Source: Schmidtea polychroa
Lineage: Eukaryota
DNA: 64,000 nucleotides
Assembly (NCBI GenBank): GCA_044892525.1
Contig: CM097886.1
Span: 82,026,001-82,090,000 of the forward strand
Direction: 5' to 3'
Shown here: one piece after another, positions 42,950 through 57,178 of the stretch
How the letters are laid out: each line of letters begins with the position of its first letter
Numbering within the stretch: position 1 is the stretch's first letter
Made by a program: the position numbers and the translations under genes
Notes under the pieces: model-generated
Database searches by the model: none
Seen by the model: only the letters and a program-made list of their open reading frames with translations
Told to the model about the DNA's origin: nothing

Positions 42950-43495
42950 AAAATCATGTTGGCGTATGTGGAGAAGGAAAAAAGAATTATACATGCATTT
43001 CCATCACACCTATCAAGCATCATGGCTCCGTTATACATTTTCTACACATACTCCAAATGATTGATTGCATATTCCCACATATGAGCCCATGGTGATGTTC
43101 CATGTTGGTGCTGCTCATACGGGTCGGAAAAAGTTAGCAGGTGAGCCCCTGCCTTAGGACTACTCCTAACCCTTTCTCGGTTCGGGTCCACGGTGCCTTA
43201 GAAGGACTTACCCACATACATGCGTGTCACTCAGTCTGATCCTGGTCCAAAGGAACGACTTTCAACTTTAATTACCTTCATTCCGTAGCAGTATCTCATT
43301 TATCCTAATTGCACAAACAAATATATGAAAGCTCGACAAAACTGAAATCAAACAGAAAATTTTATTGACACTGAAACGATAAAACATCATACTACTAACA
43401 GATCAACAGCAGTCAAAAAGATATAACATTAGCAACATTCACAAGATAATTTACAACTCAATGAAGAGGAAAATCAAGCTCAATTGTCCGTCACG

Positions 43496-44256
43496 TTAAA
43501 CAAAGTTATCTCCATCGGCCAGTATCTCATCTATGTCGACCGGTAATCGACTATCCACAATGTACTTGATGCCCTCAGCTGGAACGATGCGGAAAACTTC
43601 CTTCAAGGGGATTGAATGGGAGGACGTTATCTCTTGGATTTTTGATTTCGCCGCTAATAAGGACGTCTCGAGTGCTGTCATCGCATCTCGGCGTTTTTGG
43701 TTCTTCTCGGCTCGAGTTGGCCGTTTCCGTTTGCGGGTAGTCGGGGGGTTTTCGGTGTCCGTGGTACCGATTTGTGCTACCAAGATTGGAGCTACGATGG
43801 GATCGGTAGATCCACCTGTCTTTGGCTGGTGACTGGACAATACCGGGGCTGGAATGGGCGGTAGTTGTGAGCCGTGCCCCTGGCAGTGCGAACTGGAAGA
43901 TGTAGAAGACTGGTGGTGCAGGGGAAAGACATTCATCCCATCCAGAACGGGAAATTCTCGCACCCGCTTAGCCAATTCTACCTCCGTATATACCTTATGG
44001 AGGGCTTCTGATTGCGCTTTGATGGTGAGCCGCTGGCAACGGCTTTCCTCTAGCAGGCTGTCCCTGCAATGCTCTAATCGGAGAATTTTCTTGGTTCCTC
44101 TTTCATTTGTGGCGGGGAGAACCACGTTCCTTCATAGAGATCAATTCTCTTTTTGAGAGCCCCGATATATAAATGCAGTTGGGTGATATCCGCGTTCTTG
44201 TCCGCACAAGAAAAACACGGGCGGAGTTCTTTGGCGTTGTTGGACGATGTAGCCAT
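43496..44256 (-). pseudogene. Frameshifted copy of the LTR-encoded ORF
   Basis: ttgcgttcc (17731-) is ttggttcc (44091-) here, splitting the ORF into 60-aa and 209-aa pieces. Confidence 0.85.
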
Positions 44257-46396
44257 CTAGAAAATCAATCATTGTTTATATTTACTCGGAAAAACCTCTA
44301 TCAGTGAGAAAAGAAAAATCAAATTTTTGAGCGTGGCTTTGGAGTTTATCAAGCATACCACCCAACGATGACCCACACCCTTCTTCATCCATCTCTATAC
44401 GCAGTCATTCAGTTGCAAACATTCAAATCTCTTCACCTGATTCGTGTAATTTAAGAAACGGAAACGGGGATTCGTACACCAAAATTCTCTCTACACAAAC
44501 CTCGCCCTTTGGGTTTAATTTCGGATGGGCCATTCCCAGGTAAAACTCGTCTTTTACTTTATCCCCTTCAACCTTATTCCCCTTAGTATATTTTTATTTA
44601 AAAAATTTGCTGATATCATTATGGCAATCCGTCGATGTAGGCGTGCGTAAAATTACAGAGAAATAATTCACGGCGACGGAATAGATTATTTATGTTTTTA
44701 TCTCGTGCAAAATTATGGAATTGATCACGTAATCAGTTGAAAATTCTACTCTAAATCTACATCTAATTAATTCAAATAACGCGTCGAAATCATCGTCATG
44801 GAAAACGTTTACTTGTGATTATGTATTATGATTGACTGTGTAGGTGTGTCATTACTCCTGGTGGTATCTGTAACTGTATGTTGGCTATCACTGCGAATGA
44901 TGGTTTATGCTGTTATGAGAAATTATGATATATCGAGTTGTGTAGGGGAAATCCATTCCTTTACTTCAGCTTATTATCTCACCGTTCTAGAAAAATTCAC
45001 ATCATCATGCCGCTATTACATCACCAAAAATTGTGTATTTACTTTTACACTGCCCTGCGTAGATTCGACGGTGGTGCGTGTGTATGTGCATGCTCAAGTC
45101 GGAATAGTAGTGGTTGCGTAATAGCTTCCTCAAATAAGCAGCCGTAGATGAATTGGAAAATCAGATTAATCAATCTGAGTGGGCGACAACTTCATAGATT
45201 ATTGGGTAAGCTCAACATTATCATCTAATTTCCTTTTACGATATTAATTCAGATCAATGACTATCAACTTATCCATTTGACATTTTCTCAGAAAAACTAG
45301 CATGTTATCTCTTTCTCCAGGACATTATCAGATATCTCCTGTCGACTAACTCTACGCTGGCTAATGTAAATCAACTGATTTCGTTATCGTTGGCAACTAC
45401 TGTCTGCGAGCTCGAAGTAAGAATTTTGATAATTTCCCTGCAAGATGTTTACTTCCCTGTCAGCGAGAGATTTTTTATCACTGGCAATGGCGACTCACGG
45501 ACGACAATCAAATCGTAAGAGTACATCGACAATGGATGTAACCGCTAACATCATGACGGCACAAATTAGACAGAACCTTGCAAACACAGAGCGTCACCGA
45601 AAAATCGTTGGATTTACTTGCAATCTATGGTCAACACCGTTCTTTCCTAACTACGTCGATCGACCGGCTGAATATCCCAAAAAAAATCTTTCTCCTAACT
45701 AGGTGGATTATTATCGTCACGGCCTATCTCGCTCTAAATTGCCTGCATTCGGAATTCAAATCATCTCTACATCTACTGGAAATCTCGATTTGACTAAATG
45801 AATCGATGGTAAGCTCTATGGACGATCGCGCTTGATGAAGGAAATTTTCACTTATCAACTGGATGTTCCACCTACTGAGTTTCTTCACCCCTCACGACAC
45901 ACCCAAGAAGGCATTCATTGCTGCCGCCTCCTTGCACCGTCATGAGGGACCAATCAACTCGTTTCCATTCAATCAAATCAACAATACAATAATCAAACTG
46001 AATGATAGAAAAATGCATAAATAAAATTTACCCGGCGACCGTATCATTTGGACTCCAAGTATGATGTTGCTCATCCTACGAAATCGAAACCTCATCGTCT
46101 CCTTGATGGATATCTAATATGACAAATATCATGCTCTACACATATCACATTCTTCGTTCAGCATGTTCGTGATTTCTTATGCATACCAACCTTTCCACGG
46201 TGGTGTCCTCTACTGCAGTACAATTCCAACTCGTCCACATCATACTGGAAGCTCTCAGATGGTACAGTCGCCGGTACCATGAAGAAAGGCAACTTTTCAT
46301 TTAAATAAATTTATTATATGAAATTGTTTTATTATATTTATGATAATTAACGAAATTAAACTAATAACCATAAATAAAACAATTGTCGAGGCATAC

Positions 46397-46474
46397 CTTG
46401 AGTTTCGAAAACTGAAGTTAAATCGGTTGAATTTAAAATTTTCCTGAATGGATTTGTAGTTTGGCCTCTATATA
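46397..46474 (-). promoter_or_regulatory. Candidate element promoter, leader exon and splice donor (5' LTR)
   Basis: TATATAG 46474-68, TCA(+1 at 46445)G, AAG|GTATGC at 46397/96. Confidence 0.55.
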
Positions 46475-48508
46475 TTCCTTCCTCGGTTTGGTTTGGAAAT
46501 CTCTGAACTAGTTCGCTGTAGGCTAATTAAAGGTTCCGAAATCTGTCAAGTCTGTAGAATATTTTTTAAAAGTGGTCTATAACGAACCAAAGTTTACCTG
46601 TAGAATATTTTTTAAAAGTGGTAATCTACAGATATTTTCCGTTCCTTATATATTATTTTTCGTCCAATCAGGACACGACTTGTTTGTATTTTTACTATTT
46701 ATTATTATTTTTATGTTTTTTATTATAATATATTAGATTTTAATGACTTAACTTATTTCTTATTATTATTTTATTTATTTTCTTATTTTTATTATTTTCC
46801 TCCTATTTTTCCTGTGGATTTATTGCTACTTTATTGTAATATAATTTTTTGTTTTAATTAGACTTAAAGATAGTTTTATTTTTATTTATTTCTTAAATTT
46901 CTCGTTTATTTGTTGTCAATTTTTTACTTATTCTATTCTATTTCATCTGCTGGGTCCTAAATCGCTTTATTTCTAAATCTTAAGGGGTTTATTGGGTTTT
47001 ATTTAGTTTGTTTTACTTATTCTTATTCTCTTATTGATATTTTATTGTTCCTTTTTGATTTATTAGTGAGAATTTGATGGTACTTTATATTTTTATTTTA
47101 TTTCGTTTATTTTTCAAGGATTACTTTTCTCTTCGCTCCAGTTTTCGAAACTCCGCGTTTTAGCCCAACAGTTTTAAGAGTGCCGATAGAAGCCTCTATG
47201 TCACTTCATTATCTATCCTTTTCTTAGATTTCTCCTTGTTCATTTAATTATCGTCCTCATTACTTGATGCCATTCAATTTTACAGAAAGTTTGCAGAGGG
47301 ATCCATACTTATTTCCCGTTTTTAAAGTTTTGTTCTAGATTTTCTACAATAATTAATGTTAAATTCAAAGATTTCTATAGGGATCTATCCTTATTTCTCA
47401 TTTTGACTTATGCGGAACCTAAATACTAATTTAACCTAGACAGTCTTAATGCTTTGAGATAATTGCTAACCTACGCCTCAGAATCCCCAACACTCGTGAC
47501 ACAGCCATTCTGGGTGTTTTTGTTTCCTCTGCTGAGTCGACCTATGTGACCAAAACCAATTTTCTACCAGGCGGTATATCTGGCTGTACTGTCCGGGTCT
47601 CGGGTGAACACACTCGTCTTTGCTTGCTCCATCCGGATTCCAAACCATTCTATCTAGGCTTCGAATAGACCTCGTTGAGCTACCCTATTCACACTGTTTG
47701 GGTACATCTACCTGCGAACCAGATGGTGACCTTTGTTATGATAATCCTCAAAGTCTCGAGGAACTTCACTTTTAAATTCGTTCTCTTGATTTAGGAGGCT
47801 AACCTAAATTTTTTAGGAGGTCTAAAAAACTTTCATAAATTTGAGCTGTCCCTGAACCATGATTAAGTTTCATAGAAATGAGAAAAAAATTAAATAAATA
47901 ATCATTCGTAGTTTTTTATATTATTAATTATTTTTTTAATTTATTTTCCTAGTTCGCAGATTTTTCGAATGCGTTGTTTCTCTCTTAACTATGCTGGTGA
48001 TTCCAACTTCTTGTGTTTAACATTTTTAATATACGCGTTTCATTTATCCTCAATCTGTTGTGTGAATGATGTTGTTTAAATGAGTCGGAAATTCAACATG
48101 GACACTGCATCAAGTCTAATTAAAATCTATGATTATACATTAAATAATACAAAGTAAAGTACACAACACATTGAGGATCAAAAAACGCGTATAATAATAA
48201 TGATAAACGCAAGAAGTTACAATTATAAACATAGTTAAGAGGGAAACAACGCATTCGAAAAAGATGTCAACTCAAAAAAAAGAGAATAAATAAAAAAATG
48301 AATTAGTAAAATCAAGAATAAAAAATGATAATTAGTCAAGTTTACATATGAAGGACAATAATGTAATTAATGGCTCATAATGAGGAGCTATGACAAAAAT
48401 GCAGAAATTAAGAGAGAAAATATTTAAAATAATTATATATGATTACGGTAAAACATCAATAAAAATCAGTAAAATAACGAAATAACAAGAAAATGGTATT
48501 ATTATATA

Positions 48509-49159
48509 CAGTAAACCCTCCAACTGCGCGGTTTTTCATTGCGCGGTTTCGCAATTGCGCGGCCAAACCTTTAATACCAAAATTTCGATCTGCGCGCTAA
48601 AAATTTCGTAGCTGCGCGGTTTTTTTATTGTTTTTGTCTATTTTAACAAGAAAAATCTGACAGCAGCTTTAGCACCATATGCTGAAATTTATAAAGAAAA
48701 ACAAAAAGCTGGTAAGCAATCAGTGTTAACAAGCTTTTTTCAAAAAATTATACAATCACAGCCAATAGAATCAAGCTCATCAGCATGTAGCAGTGATTAA
48801 TATAACGTTACTTATGTTAATTTTTATTTATGTTTAGTCGTTGAATTGAGACTATTTTTTAGTTCTTGTATTGTTTTTTATAATTTTTATTTATGTTAAA
48901 TTTTTATTAATTTTTATAATAGTAATATTAATTATGTAAAAGCAATGAATTGAGACTGTTTTTATTAGTTTTTATGTTTATATAAATGTAAATATGTATA
49001 TTAGTCGTTGAATAAAGACTTTATTATATTTTTTAATATTTTTGTAATATCTGGAACCTAACCCCATAATTACATATAAAATCGGGTTCACAGTGCGCGG
49101 TTTCGGTTTGCGCGTTGTTTTTGTGGAACGTATCTACCGCGCAGTTGGAGGGTTTACTG
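48509..49159 (+). mobile_element. 651-bp Tigger/pogo-like non-autonomous element
   Basis: Perfect 24-bp TIR CAGTAAACCCTCCAACTGCGCGGT, TA on both sides; internal AALAPYAEIYKEKQKAGKQSVLTSFF resembles a Tigger transposase C-terminus. Confidence 0.9.
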
Positions 49160-50236
49160 TAATTTGATTGTTTTAAAAAATCAATAAAATGAACAATAAC
49201 AAATAATGCGAAGAGTACTGAATCACACGTGTACTGAAAATAAAAAAATAATTATAGTAAAAAAAATAATTGAATTTAAAATAATCTACATAAGCCTGGG
49301 AACATTTGAGAATGTGTGTGGTGCCTGCCCAAAGTTTTTTCTCAATTATGTACACCCTGACATCACAAAGCGATAGAGAATGCAGGGGCGGGCATAAACA
49401 ATTTGTATAAATATTAACCAAAATTACATTATTTCAACCTCTTACACATTTTTAATCTCAGTTTTCTGTACTATACAAATTATGTTTTAGGTTCTTGTGT
49501 GTGATTATGTTTATGCTTGAGAAAGTATAATAAAAGCGAACACACTTTAAAAGTATTACAAATTTTATTTATTTACAACAAAATTATTTTTAAAAAATAC
49601 AAACTAACTAACGTATCTTCTTTAAATTCCTAAATGTTTTCATATTTTCACTTGACTTTTTTACTTGGCAATAGTTAATTTTATAATCACTTCTAATCGA
49701 TATTTCATGTATTTTACTTATTAATTTTTATTTTTTGAATTATATCATGCTTCTTATAATTATGATCTCTACAAAATAATAATAATAATCACAATAATAA
49801 AAAATCACATTCAACAATAATAATTATAATAATCACATTCAACAATAATAACAATAATAAATATAAAAAGCACGTACAACACACCCATGATTATTATCAC
49901 TAGGAAATTTTGACTTCAAAATTATTAATATAACATGAATATCATTATAATCAGATTATTTTTATTTTGAATTTCATCTGAATATTTTTCAAATATTGTA
50001 AACAAAGTTTAAGGAAGAAAATTTGTATAATTTGATGACATTTGTTTTACAATTTTCAAAAATTATTCATTTGTGATTGGAAGTTTTTCCTCTATGAAAC
50101 ACGAAGTAATTATTTGTAAAATAATTAATAATTTCTAATCGTTGTTTAAATAATTATATACTTATCAAAATTCATTCTTTTTAAACCAGGTTTTGAAAAA
50201 AGATCTTATTTAAAAATTGATATTACATTTTCTTTT

Positions 50237-53200
50237 ATGGCAGAAAAAATATGGAATAAAGTTATTTTTTAGAAATTATTATACTTATATTAATGGATTT
50301 AGTTCACGAAAGATATTAAAAGCTTGATTCCTAATATTGATAATACAGTGTTAAATAAGTTAAAGAGTAACTTCTTCGAAATGCCAGACGACTATATTTC
50401 TTCCAGAATGTGCTCAGATTTAATGGTTGATACTTTGAAAAATATTAATGAAAATAAATTAAAAGTCTACATACATTTACTGGAGTTTAAAAAAACAATG
50501 AAAAATGCCAAGAAACTAAAAAGACCACATTCTACAGTCGTAGTAAGATCAATTTATTTCATTAATTATACTGAGAAATAGTCGGTAGTTGAAAGTAAGA
50601 AAAGGAAAATAGTCGAAGAAATTCCTCAAAACCTTACAAATATTGAGTTAGAACCAGAAATTCATGACCCTAAAGAATACATTACAAATATATCAGAGTC
50701 CACAAAACCATTAAATGGTATTAAATTTTAAATTCTATTAGTTACTGACATTTTATATACAGATAATAATAATTCAATTGATACTAACTTATTCAATTCG
50801 AATGAAGGCAACTCCAACAATATAAAAAATGATAAAATTGAAAAATATATTACGAAATTAGAATTTGCTTTACAGGTAAATACATTATTTTAATATTAAT
50901 TTTAAGCGAAAATAGAAATTCCTCTTAATATTTGTTAAATTATTTAATTAATAACATTTAAATGTCGAATGAAACTCGAAATATGTTAGATTTTTTAATT
51001 AATTAAAAAGTTTTGTAATTTGCATGTTCACATTATTTGGAAAAGAAGTTTTTCGGCATGTTAAAGTAATAATTTATAAATCTCACATTACTAGATTTAT
51101 GGTAGCATTTAATTATTATTCTTTGTGAAAGACATAAAATGATTTAGCTATGAAATATATAAATCACCCGGTTTGTCCCAGTGTGAACAACCGTAAAAAG
51201 TACCCCATGTGACCAAATACTAACATCCACTATAAATGAAACCCCTAAAGTTATCTATTATATAATTAGCAACTGTTTACTCTCTAATAGAGAAACTCTT
51301 TAAATAAAATAAATTATAAAAATCTACGGATTTTAACAAAAATAATTCTACGACAAAGAGGGTTAGGATGACCAAATGGGTTGATTTTAGGAGGATTGCC
51401 CTTAGTTAATATACCAGATTATCATTTTTCTACCCTAATTATATAAAAAAAACTCAACCGATCTTATAATGATTTAAATATGAAAGAATTAATCTGATTG
51501 GCCCATTTAAATTATATAATTATTGGGTAAATTTATTGCTGTTAACATATGCTCGTAATTCAAAATTACATTTAAACGATACTCCGGAAAGAAAATTGTG
51601 TATTTAATATAAGAATAATTTAACTAACATATAAATTTTGTGTCCATCTTTTTATCGATTAAGTATCCTTGAACATTCTTAACTTTTAATATCGGCTAAG
51701 GATGTCCGCAGAAATATGGCTCTTTCATTCCCGCTTCCTCCTTGTCCACTTTTGTTCGCATGTGACTTACTCTCTTCCATTGTTGTCAGCAATATAGCAC
51801 TTGTAATAGTTGGTACTCTCGATATACTAAGTTCACTGATCTCATGGAAACTTGTAGCTCAAATAAAAGAAAAATATTTATTCAGAACATAAAACTACAG
51901 TTGGAATCACACAGAAAGGAAAATCAATTGACTGTAAGTTGCGAACAATTTGCAAACAATTGACAGACCATCACATATGCTTTCAGATGCAGAAGTTGTT
52001 AATGTAGTTGACAGAATAGGGATTTTAGATTCATGGTCCGCACGTAGAAGGAACCCAAGATGCTATACGACATCTGGATCAGTTCATTCCTGGTATATGC
52101 TGTGTAATGCATTTTATATGTGTAATACATCTTATTAATTCTGTATTGAACCTTGGTAATTTTAAAATATTAAACATACTGGAATACACACAATCGTCTC
52201 AAAACAAAATATAACACAAAGTGCTAGCTTTCCGTTCTTTTTTTATCAAATATTTCGTATTAACTGTGTTGTTGAGGTGAACGAGTGGTAATGTGATTCG
52301 GGCACAGTCGATAAAAATGTTGCAATGACAGTTAAGCAATTAAATACTTTATTCAAAAACACGCAAATATCTCTGATAAGCAACAGGAAATTTAATAACT
52401 GTAATATCCGGACTTTTGAGTGAATTCTGGGTATATTGTGCCATCGCAAAGTTTTCGCTGTAGAAATTAAACAATTGTAAATAATGATGAAAAATAAAAT
52501 CCGAATAGATATATAGGAAATCACAAACCACTTTTGACTTTATTTGAAATTCACTAATAATATTAGTATTATATAAAAATATCAAAAGTCATAATTACAA
52601 TTTTATCAGACATTTTACTGAATGTAATCTCAGTAAATTAAATAAATAAAAAATATTGATTTTTAGTTTGAAATGAAGATAATGGAAATTGTTAATTTGT
52701 ATCAATAATATAAGAAAATATTATATATATAAGAATTATAGGTCACCAAAGAACAAATTGAAAAGTTTGAGGAACAAGAAATGACTCTTGATGATCTGGA
52801 TAATGAAAATAGTTCATTTATAGTTTTGGATAAATTAAAATCGCATTATGTAAAAGTCTGGAAGAGAATATCTAAATTACGAGAAACAAATTCTAGTCTC
52901 CACAAACAATATTTGAAGTTATTTAATTTCAACGGTTGGAAATACAGGATTTCAATAATAATCGATATTAATTTTTATTTAGGATCAAATTATCCAGAGT
53001 TAAATGATGAAATCAATAATTTTGTAAAAAGGAAAAAGTTTCCCGATTTTCACGATATAAAAGGAATTGTATTTTCATTCAATGTTAAGAAATCATTAAA
53101 ATTAAGGTAACTATATTTGTCGCCGGCGTAAATTTTATCGAAAAATAATCGCTACTTCCTTTTCAGCGCTCAAAGGCTCAATGAAATGGCTATTGATATT

Positions 53201-55838
53201 TTCACGCAAATTGGAAATCAATTGAAAAAGTTAAGAATTAATGAATTTGTTCAAAACTTCGGTAATCATTTAACCGATCAAGTGAAGTAAATTCATGCTT
53301 ATAATAACAAAAGAAAATAGTCTCATATTCAGATATGAAAATGATCCGATAATCCAAGACGAGCAATTGAGAAAAGTTTTGCATAAAAATCATATCCAAG
53401 GAGAGATTAATTTAGATAATGTGAGAATTATTTATTTTTTATTTTAACGATATTTATTATAACGATAATTGTTTATAACAGTGCTTCTCGAAGTGGTGGT
53501 CCGCGGACCGGTGCAAGTCAGTGAGTCAACAGTGACCGGTCCGCAGAACATTTTTGTAAATTTTATTTTATTTTTAAGCGTTAAAATATTTACAATACCA
53601 CAAACAGCACATCCGCCACATTAGTGTATTCGTTAATAATTTTTTTATATTGTTTATTTGTTACATTTTTAATAAATATTATTTATTAAAATTTATGTTT
53701 TTAGATTAGGAAAAAATAACCGGTTCGCGACACACAAAAAGTTTGAGAGGCACTGGTTTATAACACTGTAAATAATTTATATAACAATACAATAATAATA
53801 ACAAATCGACAAAATTACTCAATTATGTCAACTATTATCATTTTATTGTCACAAAAATTACAATAGTGGCCAAGTTTGTTGCGCTCTACGATAATAGGTA
53901 CTAGCTTAGTTGTTGTTCTGTCAGGAACTGTAGACATAAAACAATCACCTGTCTCACTACAAATTCCACCAATTACCCGTTGCTTTACCCAACTTTATTC
54001 TTCGGCCGTTTCAACATGCTTTCATTTATTTCAAAAGTTGTATTTGGTACTCGGTTAACATGATTGGTAATGAATTTATTTGCATATTGTTCTTGAAGAT
54101 AGTTATTCCAATCTATTACCGTTTCCTTTGCTGTGTTGGGGTTCATTAGGAACCAGTGAAAAGAAAAATAATAAAAATAGGATATTTTAGATAATAAGAA
54201 TAATAAATTATAATTAAATATTACTATTTATAGAAATAAGACATTAAAAATTACTAAATTTAGTAATTAAACAACAATAACTTGAGAAAATCAAGACAGT
54301 TGGCACACGGTACGCATAGAATGGAAATTACTCAAGTCAGACGATAAACCAATACAAAAACCAGAGTTACCAAAACCATTATAGATTAATAGCAATTAGG
54401 GTAGATTAAATAAATCAAACCAAGCTTTTCATTTGGAATTATTAGAGGATTTAGTTCAGTTGGCTCATTTAGGGCAAGCTTTGATTCTTAGAAATAACCT
54501 TTAGGGCGGTTTTCTGTTCTTTAAAAAGCAGTCAGTTTTATTGTACAAGTAAAATAACTTTGTAAAATATTTAAACCATATCGTTATTTATTTATTTACC
54601 TACACGTGTATTATGTAATTGGAGTCAGAACAGTAATCTGTGTTAGTTCGAAATAGAAAACGAACCTAACAGCTGTTCTCGACTTAGAAACACAAAACGT
54701 TTGCTTGCTAACTCTTTAGACTAACAATAAATGACTAGCAATATCTTCATCAACGTAGGACATGAACCTTGCAGCCATGTGCCTTTTCAAACGGGGATTT
54801 CTTGCTGATAAATCCCTTGGCAGCATCTGTAACAATTACATGACTGTTAGTACAGTTTAAAATCAACCTTATTTACTTTTATAAAAATTTATTTTTAACT
54901 AAATTAAAATTTAACATTGACCCCAATTCCCTGCAATAAATTCATTCATTCAGGATTGACTACCCCATAGCATATTATGTTCTAGTTAAAATTGAGATTT
55001 GTATGTCGGTTTGATAAGTGAAGGATTTAAATAAATATACTTGGAAAATTTCCAGGTAATGAAAAATTTTGTCACAATGCACGAAAATGGACAAAATTTA
55101 GAGTCGGGTTCTGATATATCCACAGAACATTCATCAGATTCAGAAGTGCTTATAGAAGAATCAGTTGAAGATATAACAATATCCCAGGTTACAGTATCAG
55201 ATACTACAATTGACACTTCCATTGAAGTGGGAAATCAAAATAACTTATTGATTGCAGCAGAAATTGATGCTTGTAATTCTTCTGTATCAAAGTCATCCAA
55301 CGTGAACGCCTCAGAAATCTCGCTTGATGAAATATCTAATGGGGTTTTATCCCTTATACCTGTAGAAATTGCTCCCGACAATACTAATAATCAATTAACC
55401 GTCGAATTGAATATACAGAAATTTATTGAGAAACCATCAGAAGAATATCTAAATGAAATCAGTTCAACAACTTTCCGATTTAATGTTGAACAAATGAAAC
55501 ATGGGGATAAAAGTCGATATTACAAGGAGACCATCATCCTCAACTCCGATGATAGCAATGAATCAGATGGATCTGATTCTGAGGACGATAACGACAAGAC
55601 TAGTCGTTATACTTACAGTTCTAAATTAGACGATTTCATTTTGTCTAAGTTGTTTATTGTTTTCATTTTCGATTTTTAATAATTTCATTGCAGTCCTAAA
55701 CCAAAGAAACCGGAAATTAAAGAAATTTTAATCAATTTAGATGATTATGAGGATGATGAAGATATTATTTTAGTGGATCCACCAGTCGCATTAAATCAGA
55801 AAATTAACGATTCCTACAAGTTAGATGGAAACCTCTGA
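50237..55838 (+). CDS. DAXX: Death domain-associated protein 6 / H3.3 chaperone, multi-exon
   Basis: Helical-bundle exon (YISSRMCSDL..KVYIHL); histone-binding exons 52742-53430 (EQEMTLDDLDNENSSF, YPELN, FPDFHDI, NFGNHLTD); acidic exon 55038-55622; last exon with SIM-like DIILVD ending TGA at 55838. Confidence 0.88.
53479..53755. mobile_element. 277-bp hAT (Charlie-like) MITE in a DAXX intron
   Basis: Imperfect TIR CAGTGCTTCTCGAA / TTTGAGAGGCACTG with a perfect 8-bp TSD GTTTATAA (53471-78, 53756-63). Confidence 0.92.
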
Positions 55839-57178
55839 AAGATAATGGTAATATCCAGTTTATCGCTTGCAGATTGTCTGGATATGTGATGGCAATGAAT
55901 AATAATTTATTTGATGTTTTGTATTTTTTTAATTAAATTAAAATTTTCATTTTAATTAATACAATTAAAATTTATATTAGATCATTTTTGGGAATAAAAG
56001 ATATATTGATAACACTGTACCTCAACATTATCGCGTGCAAATCCCACCAAGACATCTACAATTCACTCTTGAATTTCTTTTTTAGATACCTTGATAAGTT
56101 CCACTGTAGGACCAACACATTCCACTACAAAGAAAAGTCGCATTATTACTAAGAAAAAGCAATAAGAAACCATTCTGGCATAACAAAAATACAAGAAATC
56201 CTAGAAAATTGCTGCAACTTACATTTTTGATTACATAATTGCTATGGAGGTGCCCACTTTTTTTCTGGGATTTTCAATACAAAAATTTTTTTTCAGACTA
56301 TAGTGAGGGAGTTTCGATGGAACCTGAGAATTTCAATAGAAAAATGTAGTCCTCGCTAAAAAGCATAGAATTTTCAGACTATAGTGAGGAGGTCACCTTG
56401 GTCATGGGGTTTTCAATACAAAAAGGGTGGTTTTCAATAGAAAAAGGTAGTCTTCACTAAAAAGCATGGTAAATTTTAAAATTAAGTAATCAATGGTCTA
56501 AAATTTTTAAATTAAAGTAAATCACGGGTTCAGATTTTTTTGCAAAATGGATTTTGCTAAATCGACACCCATGAGTTTGTAGAATAATGAATAGTTACAA
56601 TACGTCAAAAAACTAGCAGTATATCTACGATTCCCTTTCATCCGCATTACATATTTGCTCAATTTCTCTTTTTACGCAATTTAGAAAAAAATTCACTGTT
56701 TACGAAAAATTCTATTTACGAATTTTTGTTTAAATTTACTAAGTTAATTAAATCTTTAATGTTCTTGAATTATTTATGTAATAGATATATTTTGTCTGTT
56801 ATGAATAAAAAAATACATTGTTTTTGAATTACGAATGTTTTCTTCAATAATATGAATTGATTAGATTTTTGAATTTATAAATTACCGTTTTTAATCATAA
56901 TTATTGGCCGATAATTAAAATAAAAATTCACCTAACGAAATTTCTATTTACGCTTAATTTTTTGGGAACGAATTAATTCGTTAACAGAGGGATTGGTGTA
57001 TATTGATTGTGGCTAATTAAAGAAATCAAAATTAAATAAATCATTCTTCATCAAAACGATTTGGAAACCATGTTAGTTAACTTCCTGATATTCAACATTA
57101 GAATTAATGAACAAAAAATCAAGATAAAATTGAAATAAGATTTACTATATATTTCGTATTTTCAGAACCTAATCATAA

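Larger units (their letters stand above)
16597..47170 (-). mobile_element. Giant full-length Ty3/gypsy-type LTR retroelement (30,574 bp) with env-like gene and accessory cargo
   Basis: Two ~4.2-kb direct repeats with TGTTGG/CCAACA ends; GTTT TSD at 16593-96 and 47171-74; PBS at 42932-49; Gag and PR-RT-RH-IN in gypsy order on the minus strand. Confidence 0.97.
42957..47170 (-). repeat. 5' LTR (4,214 bp)
   Basis: Copy of 16597-20811 with a net 1-bp deletion; followed on the minus strand by the PBS. Confidence 0.97.

Noticed and set aside
56285-56470. Degenerate ~100-bp duplication (TTTTCAGACTATAGTGAG..CTAAAAAGCAT)
   Set aside because: Two diverged copies only; likely part of an ordinary repeat.
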